DNA of 64,000 nt. Source: Alphaproteobacteria bacterium. GTDB lineage: Bacteria; Pseudomonadota; Alphaproteobacteria; MPNO01; UBA830. Positions within the stretch are counted from its first letter, which is position 1; the number at the start of each line of letters is the position of its first letter. This document shows, piece after piece, positions 54,750 through 64,000 of this stretch. The DNA is taken from positions 2,112,001 to 2,176,000 of the forward strand of contig OZ219790.1 in the NCBI GenBank assembly GCA_964291215.2. The letters are read 5' to 3'. Below the pieces are notes generated by a model. That model was not told the origin of the DNA. It did no database searches and was given only the letters and a program-made list of their open reading frames with translations. Made by a program: the position numbers and the translations under genes.

Positions 54750-55981
54750 TCGCCCCGGTCGGCAGGCCTGGCTTTTGCCGGGATTCGGTCGAGGCTGGCT
54801 TGGCCCTGCCGCGGCGGCTTCGGATCTTCCGGTCGATCCTGAACCGCATCGAACGCGGAACCATCGATGTCGAATTGCCCGACAGGAGACGGTTCCGGGC
54901 TTTCGGAGGCATGCCCGGCCCGCACGGCGAAATCGTTGTTCTCAATCCGAAATTCTTCAGGCGATTGCTGATGGAGGGCGATCTGGGGTTCGGCGAGATG
55001 TTCATGGATGGCTGGTGGACGACACCCGACCTCCAGAGTCTGCTGGACGTCATCATGCTCAATAACGAGAACATGGCGCACCGCTTCCCCGGCGCCGGGC
55101 TGTTCCGACTGCGACAGCGCCTCCGCCATTGCCTGAACGCCAATAGCCGAAAGGGATCGCGGCGCAATGTCGCATACCATTACGATCTGGGCAACGCCTT
55201 TTACGGCCTGTGGCTCGACGACACCATGACCTATTCCTCGGCCCTGTTCCGCAACGGACGGGAGAGCCTCGCCGAAGCGCAGCGGAACAAGTATGAGGCG
55301 ATCTGCGACCGGCTCGCGCCGGCGCCCGGCGACCGGATTCTCGAAATCGGCTGCGGCTGGGGCGGCTTTGCCGAATACGCCATCAGGGAACGCGGCGTCC
55401 ATGTTATCGGGCTCACTGTCTCGCGCGAGCAACGGGACCATGCTCAGCGACGGCTGTTCGAAGCAGGCTTGGCCGAGCGGGCGGATATCCTCCTGCACGA
55501 CTGGCGCGACGAGCGCGGCGCCTATGACGGGATCGTCTCGATAGAAATGATCGAGGCGGTGGGAGAAAAATACTGGCCAGCCTATTTCCTGACGTTACGC
55601 GACCGACTCGGGCAGGGCGGCATTGCGATACTCCAAGCAATCACGATAGCAGACCGCCTCTTCCCACAATATCGTACCAAGGTCGATTTCATCCAGAGGC
55701 ACATCTTTCCGGGCGGGATGCTACCGAGCTCTGCGGCGCTCCGGGCCCGGGCCGAAGCGGTCGGTCTCCGGACGATCGGGGCCGAAGGTTTCGCAACCAG
55801 CTACTCCCGTACGCTGCGCACGTGGCGCCATCGATTCAATACCCGCTGGGACCGGATCGCGGCCCTTGGATTCGATGACCGGTTTCATCGCATGTGGAAC
55901 TTCTACCTTGCAGCAAGCGCCGCAGGCTTCGCTGCAGGAACCACGGATGTCGTCCAGATTGCCTATCGCAGGCCTTCCTGA
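54746..55981 (+). CDS. cfa: cyclopropane-fatty-acyl-phospholipid synthase family methyltransferase (CfaS/UfaM-like)
   Basis: HYDLGNAFY, MTYSSA, LEIGCGWG, SIEMIEAVG, IFPGG. Confidence 0.9.
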   Translation: MIAPVGRPGFCRDSVEAGLALPRRLRIFRSILNRIERGTIDVELPDRRRFRAFGGMPGPHGEIVVLNPKFFRRLLMEGDLGFGEMFMDGWWTTPDLQSLLDVIMLNNENMAHRFPGAGLFRLRQRLRHCLNANSRKGSRRNVAYHYDLGNAFYGLWLDDTMTYSSALFRNGRESLAEAQRNKYEAICDRLAPAPGDRILEIGCGWGGFAEYAIRERGVHVIGLTVSREQRDHAQRRLFEAGLAERADILLHDWRDERGAYDGIVSIEMIEAVGEKYWPAYFLTLRDRLGQGGIAILQAITIADRLFPQYRTKVDFIQRHIFPGGMLPSSAALRARAEAVGLRTIGAEGFATSYSRTLRTWRHRFNTRWDRIAALGFDDRFHRMWNFYLAASAAGFAAGTTDVVQIAYRRPS

Positions 55982-56280
55982 ACGGTGTCCCTGCCGGAAA
56001 TTGGCAGCACTCTCGATCGGGCTTACGGCTGCACAGTCGCCGCTCGGCCATGCGCTCGCGACCATGACGCTCATATTCGTCTTCGACAGCCCAGGAAGGA
56101 GTGTGTTGCCGTGAAAATGGTTATGAATCGGCCAAAAACACGCTCCCCGCCACAGTAATGCTCCCGAGGTGCGCGATAATCGCCATCTGCGGCACCCATC
56201 TTGCGAACCGTGATCGACAGACAACCGCGTACAAGCCCGAAGTCTCCCGCCCGCACAGCGGCGCCTGTTCTCATGATACG

Positions 56281-56610
56281 TGTGAATCGGCATGCAAAAT
56301 TGACCCGCTTGGGTGGGTTATGAGCGCGTAAAATTGCACACCTGTTTTCGTTAACATCCGCACAGAAAGTGCGGAGGAAAGAGCAGGTGTTATTGATGGT
56401 GCCGAAGATCCGACGGTTGGTTGAGGGGCGCAGCATCCGGTCTGTTGCGCGGACGACGGGATTATCGCGGAACACGATCAAGAAGTAGGATGGGAGCCCG
56501 CCGACAGCGCCAGGCACCGTCGGTTCGGCACAAGCTGTGCAACGGGTTTGATTTTCGGTTTCAGGAGCTCAGGACCAGAAGCGGCCGCGCCGGGAGCGGG
56601 GCCCAGAAGC
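56281..56610 (+). mobile_element. IS21-family left end and istA fragment
   Basis: tgtgaatcggcatgcaaaattgacccg end; EGRSIRSVARTTGLSRNTIKK HTH. Confidence 0.75.
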
Positions 56611-56611
56611 T

Positions 56612-57750
56612 CTAGTAGTCCACCGGCATTGTATTGATGGTTTTTGGTGGGCAGTATTTCCGTGTCGGCGTTCGTTGGAATCCGGACAGTGCCGATATCC
56701 ACACGGGCAGATGCCGAACAGGCAGGCAGCCCCATGCGCAGGTCCGGACAACGGGCATGCCCGCAGGTCTTCGGGGCAATGACAGGAGCGTGGCCAACTC
56801 TCAGGGCAGGAAGCTCTACCGGATAACCCTTTCGGCGCAGGAGCGCCGGGATCTGAACGGGCACCGGGGGCACAGGTCCTGATGCTGAGGGGCGCTTGTC
56901 GATGCCGACATTGCGCAAGGGCATCGGCACGGCGACGGTCGAACGCTTGCGCAAGCGCTGCGTCCTGGAGGGGGCCGCCCTCAGCCGCAAGGAGCAGGTG
57001 AACCGTCGGCCGAAACGGGGGCGATGGAGGCGAAGCTGGTCTCGTCCCCGCCCGAGGGCTATGGACGCTGCTTGCCGGCCGTCCGGTGGAGATCGTCGAG
57101 CGCATTTCGGAAGAGACGGTCAGGAAGACGCTAAAAAAAGAGATCAAGCGGTGGCTGAACTGGTGCATTCCACCGCACCGGAGCGCACGGTTCGTGGCGG
57201 CGGACGTGCTTGACATTTGTCAGCGGGACTTTGCCGGGAACGAGGTGCTGAGACCAGCCGGCAGCAGACGAAGGACCCCCCCCCCGGTCAGCCGGAGGTG
57301 GTCGACCATGAATATGAACGCAACGGCCAACCTCTTCATGGCCTTTGCGCCCAACGAGAACTGGCGCGCGGTGAAAGTCACCGACCGCCGCGGGACCGGG
57401 CGCACTTCATCCGGGAGCTTGCCGACGACCATTTCCCCGACAGCGTGCTGGACAATCTGAACACGCACAGTCACTGTATGAAGCCTTCGAGCCCGAGGAG
57501 GCGGGTGCGAAAGCGGTTCGAGTTTCGCTACACGCCGAAGCTGGCTCAACATGGCCGAGGTCGGTGCGCTGTCGCGGCAGTGCCTTCGGCGACGCATTCC
57601 CGACCGTGACACCATGCGGCGGGAGACGGCAGCATGGGTGGAACGGCGCAATGCGGCCGATGTCACTGTCGACTGGCGTTTCACGACGAAGGATGCTCGG
57701 ACGAAACTGAAGTCACTATATTCCTCAATACAATAATGTAAAACTGCTGG
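56612..57750 (+). mobile_element. IS630 type A, degenerate
   Basis: Similar to 22908-24098. Confidence 0.9.
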
Positions 57751-57866
57751 GCTGGCGGAGAAATCCTCAATGCGCTAACCTTCACCTTGGACCAGTCGAC
57801 GGGGGCAGGTCAGTTCTGTCCGCCGACGCCGGACGGCCCGCCGAAACGCTGAAACAGGAGGCTAAC

Positions 57867-58604
57867 ATGACGACATTCGTGCTGATTCACGGCGCTTGGC
57901 ACTATGGTGCGCTGTGGGAGGAGGTTGCGGAACCGCTGCGCAAGGCCGGACACACCGTCCACACCCCGACGCTCGCCGGCAACGGCCCCGGCGACGGCAT
58001 CGACCGGACCGTCGGGCACAGCGACGCCGTTAAATCTGCCATCGACTATGTCGTGGAAAACGACCTGAAGGATTTCGTGCTCCTCGGCCATTCCTACGGC
58101 GGCACGATCGTCTCCCGGATGGCGGAGGAATTGACGGACCGCATCCGTCGGCTGATCTACTGGAACGCCTTCGTGCTGAACGACGGCGAATCGATCGAAG
58201 CGGTCAGCCCGCCACATTACAAACAATTGATGGATTCGATCGCGGCCTCCGGGGCCTACGGCCCGGGCGCCGTCAAATTGCCGTTCCCGGTGTGGCGCGA
58301 GGCGTTCATGAACGATGCGGACCTTGCGCTCGCCCAGAAGGCCTACGAGCTGACGACACCGCACCCACAACGCACGCTGACCGACCAAGTGGCGCTGAAA
58401 TCCTTCCACAAACTGCAGATCCCGCGCTCCTACATCAACTGCATGGAAGACATCGCCATGCCGCCGGGAGACTTCGCCTGGCATCCGCGGTTCACGGCGA
58501 GGCTGGGCCTGTGCCGGCTAGTGCAGATGCCGGGCGGGCACGAGGCGTGCTTCACCAATCCGGAACTGCTCGCCGCCAAGATCGTTGAAGCGGGCCGGGA
58601 CTGA
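57867..58604 (+). CDS. alpha/beta hydrolase (methylesterase/salicylate esterase-like)
   Basis: LIHGAWH, GHSYGG, ED, GGHE; AGGAGG RBS. Confidence 0.9.
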   Translation: MTTFVLIHGAWHYGALWEEVAEPLRKAGHTVHTPTLAGNGPGDGIDRTVGHSDAVKSAIDYVVENDLKDFVLLGHSYGGTIVSRMAEELTDRIRRLIYWNAFVLNDGESIEAVSPPHYKQLMDSIAASGAYGPGAVKLPFPVWREAFMNDADLALAQKAYELTTPHPQRTLTDQVALKSFHKLQIPRSYINCMEDIAMPPGDFAWHPRFTARLGLCRLVQMPGGHEACFTNPELLAAKIVEAGRD

Positions 58605-58929
58605 CAGCAGGCGCAGCCCGTCCCACGACGGGCGCCTCGAGCATCGCCGCCTTTCGTTTCCCCGGGCGCCGCCGCCTCACCCGCTCTGCCCATCAAACAC
58701 ATTTCCCGGTCGACTCGCTGATTTGTTCGCGCTATCGTGGCGCGCATGGATGGTCCTGTTTCGATTCCGAGCGCGCTTTCCTCGGCGGAAGGCCTGAAGA
58801 AGCTGTTGCGGCTACACCATCAGGTTTGCCTCGGTGTCCGGTGAAACGTTTCATTCTAAATCGATTCCGCTGCTGCTTGCCCGCTTCCGCAGGCCCTTTC
58901 GTCTCCATCGTGCATCCCACAGCGACGGA

Positions 58930-59580
58930 GTGGGATTTGCAAGACCCAAGCGGTCGCTCGCATTGGAGGTTTGGAGACATCGATAACACAGATCGATATT
59001 CTGAACTTTTCATCGGAAGAAAGCGTGTCGCACAACTGGCTCTCAAGATCAGCTGCGCTCTTCGGACGCCCCCATATCCAGTGGTCGGGCTGCAACCTTC
59101 TGTGTCTCCGAACCAGAACACAAGGTATATGCCGTAACCGTGTGCTCGGGGATCCGAGGTATAGTTGGCGAACTGGTCCCTGATGGCGCTTCATAGCTTG
59201 CTGTGACAGCTTTGCTTGATTTCTATCGGAACGTGGAAGTTGCCGTACGCAACCCTAATGTCGGATCGCTTGTCATTGACATGGCAGCTTTCGGCCCAGA
59301 CGCGGATATCCAGCCAAGCCAAATGATTCTCCAGGTCGGGCAAGAGATAACCCCAGCATGCGCTTTCCGGTTTCGGCCGCAGAGGTCGATTGTATCAGTC
59401 CACGTTCCAGTACTTCCGCCAGTTCGATGTATCGCTGGCGCGGACATTCCTGGAAATGCCCGTCAACGCTTCAACCGTCAGCGCGGCAAGGTCAGCCGCG
59501 TTTGCCGGGCTGCGATTTTCGAGCACCTTGATCACGCGTTCACAATCACGATGGCAGAAGCCGGCTTCTCGCCAGATAGC
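58930..59580 (-). pseudogene. C-terminal PD-(D/E)XK nuclease-like domain of a large protein, with stops and frameshift
   Basis: PANAADLAAL..WRKYWNVD*..NDKRSDIRV..VPIEIK..L*SAIRDQ..YTSDP..GYGIYLVFWFG..VIDVSKP. Confidence 0.65.
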
Positions 59581-59629
59581 ATTCAGGCCGCGATCCGTTG
59601 CGTCGGCGCCGCTTTGCCCTTGCCGATAA

Positions 59630-59831
59630 AGGTCAAGATCAAGGTGTCCGGATGCTTCCGAACCCGCCTCCACGCCGAAATCTGGTGCCGAATCTCAAGC
59701 TATCTCACCTCCATGGCCGCACGCGGCCACAACCCACTCGTCGCCATCCAGATCGCACTCGCCGGAAACGCCGCCGACATTATCAAAATGCATAACGCCA
59801 AACCCGCCTCTGCGGACGGGTGAGCAGATAC
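59630..59831 (+). mobile_element. IS66 3' end fragment
   Basis: KVKIKVSGCFRT..ISSYLTS; end gggtgagcagatac. Confidence 0.8.
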
Positions 59832-60033
59832 GAAGAATGTGCCGATTTCGCGAACACCAAAGCAATGATCAGTGCCACATGAGGATTTTCTTTCATCTGG
59901 GCATTCTCTTAGGAAGCCCATGCAGGCGAGGATATAGTATTCGGCATCATCTCCATGAGGGCGTCAAGATTGGGCACCTTGGTTCAAAGCTGGTCGGTGA
60001 CTGGTTTGCAGACCAAATGTACGCGACGTTGCT

Positions 60034-60869
60034 AGGTTGTGGACTCAAATAATTGGTTTGCGATTCTGCGGAGCAAGAATCGGCTGGCAGCCAGTTGCAC
60101 GGCGGAGAGGAAGTTCCTTGTCATAACGGGTCCGTCGGAACTCCTTGATCTTACCGAAGAACCGCTCGACCAGGTTGCGCATCCTGTAGATCTCGCGGTC
60201 GAGCGGTCGTGGCGATGTCCGGTTGGATTTCATGACCGCGGTTGCTCCTGCCGTCTCGATCAGATGGCGTCGGTGTCGTAGGCCTTGTCGCCGACCACCG
60301 TCTCGCCCGAGGTCGGCGAGAAGCGCCTGCGCGCAGTCGGCCGCTTGGCCCGGGCACGGTCTTCACCCTCTCGTTCTCGCCAAGATGGACCTTCGTCGTT
60401 CGTCCGCCACGGCTCACTGCGAAGGCTCGTCGTCCCGGGACGCCCCAGCTTGTGAACGCGCACCGACGAGGAGTCGACCATGCGCAGGTGAACCGAGCCG
60501 GGCGGGCCATCGTCGCTCCCGTCATCATCGCTCGTAAGCCTTTGAAGCTTCTCCATGATCGACGCCCAGGCGCCGTTCTTGCTCCACCGGTTGAAGCGGT
60601 TGAAGCAGGTCGTGTACGGACCGTAGCGCTCCGGCAGATCGCGCCACGGCGTACCGGTGCGAAGCACGAAGAATATCCCGTTCATGGCCCTCCGGTCATG
60701 CACCCGCTCCGGGCCCTGGTGCTTGTCAGGAAGCACCGAGCGGAGAACTTCCCATTCCGCGTCGCTCATGTCGTGTCGGTCGCCGCTCATCCTTCACTCT
60801 CCTTGTGAATCGCTTTCGACAAGAATAAGGCAGATCATGCAAAATGTCAACATTTGGGTACACAACCTA
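60034..60869 (-). mobile_element. IS5-family element, degenerate
   Basis: Reverse complement of 7505-8378. Confidence 0.92.
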
Positions 60870-62002
60870 GTAGTCTGACATTATTGGATTGACGAATATA
60901 GAGACTTCAGTTTCGTGCGGGCATCCTTCGTCGTGAAACGCCAGTCGACAGTGACATCGGCCGCATTGCGCCGTTCCACCCATGCTGCCGTCTCCCGCCG
61001 CATGGTGTCTCGGTCGGGAATGCGTCGCCGAAGGCACTGCCGCGACAGCGCACCGACCTCGGCCATGTTGAGCCAGCTTCGGCGTGTAGCGAAACTCGAA
61101 CCGCTTTCGCACCCGCCTCCTCGGGCTCGAAGGCTTCGCGATGCGGGGCTGTGCGTGCTCAGATTGTCCAGCACGCTGTCGGGGAAATGGTCGTCGGCAA
61201 GCTCCCGGATGAAGTGCGCCCGGTCCCGCGGCGGTCGGTGACTTTCACCGTGCGCCAGTTCTCGTTGGGCGCAAAGGCCAGGAAGAGGTTGGCCGTTGCG
61301 CTCATATTCATGGTCGACCACCTCCGGCTGACCGGGGGGGGGGGGGGGGGTCCTTCGTCTGCTGCCGGCTGGTCTCAGCACCTCGTCCCCGGCAAAGTCC
61401 CGCTGACAAATGTCAAGCACGTCCGCCGCCACGAACTGTGCGCTCCGGTGCGGTGGAATGCACCAGTTCAGCCACCGCTTGATCTCTTTTTTTAGCGTCT
61501 TCCTGACCGTCTCTTCCGAAATGCGCTCGACGATCTCCACCAGACGGCCGGCGAGCAGCGTCCACAGCCCTCGGGCGGGGACGAGACCAGCTTCGCCTCC
61601 ATCGACCCCGTTTCGGCCGACGGTTCACCTGCTCCTTGCGGCTGAGGGCTGCGTCCAGCCCCTCCAGGACGCAGCGCAAGCGCTCGACCGTCGCCGTGCC
61701 CGGCGCAATGTCGGCATCGACAAGCGCCCCTCAGCATCAGGATTTGTGCCCGGCGCCCCCGGTGCCCGTTCAGATCCCGGCGCTCCTGCGACGAAAGGGT
61801 CACCCGGTAGAGCTTCCTGCCCTGAGAGTTGGCCATATGCGCCGCTCCCGTTGTCCGGACCTGTCCGGTGCGCATGGGGCTGCGGCTGCCTGCCCGTTCG
61901 GCATCTGCCCGTGTGGATATCGGCACTGTCCAGATTCCAACGGATGCCAACACAGGAATACTACCCACTAAAAATCATCAATACAATGTCGGTGGACTGC
62001 TA
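60869..62002 (-). mobile_element. IS630 type A, degenerate
   Basis: Inverted copy of 56612-57750. Confidence 0.9.
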
Positions 62003-62019
62003 GGGGCTTTGCGCCACAA

Positions 62020-62074
62020 AAGGTGGGGCAAATTCAAACGCTGAAACCGGGTCAGTTTTGAACGCTCATTGGCA
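62020..62074 (+). mobile_element. IS21-type right end
   Basis: ggggcaaattcaaacgctgaaaccgggtcagttttgaacgctcattggca, subterminal repeats and terminal CA. Confidence 0.65.
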
Positions 62075-62199
62075 TCACGATACGGGGCAATTGACCCGCC
62101 CGATCATCATGGTAAGCGTTCCGTCGGCCCATGACGGGCGGTAAGTTTTGGGACTTGCACAGAAAGTTTGACGAGTTTTCACGCTGCCGCTTTCCGTGC

Positions 62200-62440
62200 G
62201 TCTTCGCGGTTCACGGGCCGGGTAGCCCCGCCGCCTCCCCGCGCGGTCGCCCTGGATCCCAGGGCCAGTATGTTCGCCGCCGCATTGAGGTCGGCGTGGT
62301 CGACACGACCGCAGGCCGTGCATTCGAACAGGTTCCCGGGTCTCGCGCAACCCGGCATGGCCGCAGGCGGCGCAGGTCCGGGTGTTGTTGCGCAGGCCCA
62401 CCGCGACCACGGCCTTGTAGTCCAGCATCAGACGTTCTGA
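62200..62440 (-). pseudogene. TnpB (IS200/IS605) C-terminal remnant
   Basis: MLDYKA, TCAACGH, FECTACG..DHADLNAAANIL in shifted frames. Confidence 0.75.
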
Positions 62441-62759
62441 TCTCGTGAGTTGACTTGATCAGTCCGCCCCCCCTTTCTTTTTTCAACAAAATGAACGATT
62501 TCCCCGATTTTTTGCTTGACAACATAGCCATGTGATAATCTAATATAATTTGATGCTTATAATTGGATAGTCTTGGCCATGAACACGCCCGCGATGCATC
62601 CTCCTGAAGCCGTCCGGATCGGAACCTCGTGCTTTTCCCTTGCCGACATCGTCAGACTGCTCGACGAACTCAACCGAACGTGCGCGGTCTTCTCCGGAAC
62701 CGGCCTCCGCATGATCTACGAACTTCTAGACAACGCACGCGAACTCGGCCCCGAAGCAT

Positions 62760-63110
62760 CACGCTGATTGGGAAAATCGAAGCCGAGATCAGGACATCTG
62801 AGCATGGCGCGGAACGCGCACCAGCTCGTGTCCTGGACGGTCCTGTTAAGGCTGATCTTCTGTCGGACCCGGATGTGCCAACCAACACCAACCAACTCCA
62901 GTGGACGCTGCGCGCCATCCCCATAGGGCGGCGCAACTGGGTGTTCTGCTGAACCGAGCTCGTGGCCAAGCATGTGGGAATCATCGAGAGCCTCATCGCC
63001 ACCTGTCGCCTCCACGGCGAGGATCCTTGGCCCTGGCTGGTTGACATGCTCCAGCGGGTGGCGAGCCATCCTGCAAAGGATGTGGCGCAACTGACGCCGC
63101 GGCTGTAGAG
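62760..63110 (+). pseudogene. IS66 TnpC C-terminal fragment (different lineage)
   Basis: LRAIPIGRRNWVFC*..SLIATCRLHGEDPWPWLVDML..LTPR. Confidence 0.8.
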
Positions 63111-63362
63111 GGACAGTGTTGCCGCCAATCCCATGACGCCCGATATCGGCAAGGGCAGAGCGGCGCCAGCGCAACGGATCGCGGCCTGAACGACCGTCGC
63201 CCCCGGCGACACCGATCTCTACGCGCTGAAATCTGGCGCCAATAGCTCAGGCACGGCTTCTCCTGCCAGATCTTGGCCACTATCCCGCTTGCCCTCGCGC
63301 GCGGGGAACGCGGCCAGTGTCATCGCCAAACCGGCAAATCTACTGAACGTCCGTGTTTGATC

Positions 63363-63554
63363 CACGGCGATCCCATGCTGATTCCGAAACGCGAAATCCG
63401 AGTGCGTTGGGGCTCGCGTCATCACAGATCGCCTCTTGATCGCAATTTTTCGCGCCGAGAAGGTCTCATCGAGTCTTGGCGGCACAATTGCAGCGCGACG
63501 CAGACCGAAAAATCTCGCCGGTCGCCGCTGGATTAGCAGCATGGGATCGTCGTG
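63363..63554 (+). mobile_element. MITE copy 5
   Basis: Same TIRs; perfect 10-bp target duplication gtgtttgatc. Confidence 0.9.
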
Positions 63555-63651
63555 GTGTTTGATCGGTTACGGCTTGCCGGCGCTCCGGCCGCACGGTACG
63601 GTCGCCCCGCCACGAACTGCACGGCGGAGGACGGGACGAACGGAGGAGAAC

Positions 63652-64000
63652 ATGGTGAGAATCGGCGATCCGGTACGCAGGGAAGAGGATCTGCGCCTGC
63701 TGCTCGGGCACGGCAGGTATCTCGACGATGTCGTCCCACCCCGCCAAGCGCCAGCCGTGGTTGTCCGCTCGCCTCTGGCCCATGCGGAAATCCTGTCGCT
63801 CGACGCTGCGGCGGCGCGCGCCGCACCCGGCATTCTCGCGGTGCTCACCAGCACGGAGCTTGAGGCGCGCGGACTCGGCAGCTTCCGGCCGGCGGCGGCG
63901 GGCATGCGCAGCGACGGCTCACCGGGATTCGCAACGCCGCAGCCGCTGCTGGCGCAGGGCCGCGTCCGCTTCGCAGGCGAGCCCGTCGCCTTCATTGTCG
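63652..64000 (+). CDS. xanthine dehydrogenase/CoxL-family molybdopterin-binding subunit, runs off window
   Basis: MVRIGDPVRREEDLRLLLGHGRYLDD..VVRSPLAHAEI..GRVRFAGEPVAFIV; GGAGGAG RBS. Confidence 0.88.
   Translation, partial: MVRIGDPVRREEDLRLLLGHGRYLDDVVPPRQAPAVVVRSPLAHAEILSLDAAAARAAPGILAVLTSTELEARGLGSFRPAAAGMRSDGSPGFATPQPLLAQGRVRFAGEPVAFIV

Noticed and set aside
55985-56280. Additional gene after cfa
   Set aside because: Only short frames without recognisable motifs; cut by IS21 end
59191-59397. TGA-as-Trp genetic code
   Set aside because: TGA is the normal stop of many genes here and the same frame also has a frameshift
61334-61350. G17 tract as a phase-variation switch
   Set aside because: Lies in a dead IS630 copy (shorter C tract at ~57276 in its twin); homopolymer length unreliable

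Overview
GC-rich, alphaproteobacterial-looking window (organism is inference; possibly host-associated) in which islands of intact genes are embedded in nested, deletion-riddled insertion sequences (IS110, IS5, IS256, ISAs1 plus a derived MITE, IS30, IS630, IS66, IS4-like, IS21, IS1595, TnpB remnant). Intact islands: a small-molecule metabolism patch (4.7-11.8 kb), a glnE-linked sensor/partner-switching operon (11.8-20.6 kb), two paralogous surface lipoproteins, a CBASS locus (CapV-like patatin plus CD-NTase/AGS-C gene split by one in-frame TAG) next to a disrupted ndk, rpoE-chrR and its furan/cyclopropane fatty acid regulon operon (both with sigmaE promoters, 9.4 kb apart), an alpha/beta hydrolase and the start of a molybdopterin oxidoreductase. 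Most notable: IS66 elements that carry a Dam-like adenine methyltransferase inside their terminal repeats (3 copies, 2 lineages), a duplicated poly-G-spacer promoter cassette flanking an RTX/lipoprotein unit (candidate phase variation), the amber-interrupted CBASS cyclase, and an active ISAs1-derived MITE. No rRNA, tRNA or CRISPR array seen. Coordinates of degenerate elements are approximate and all family calls are from motif recognition, not database searches.
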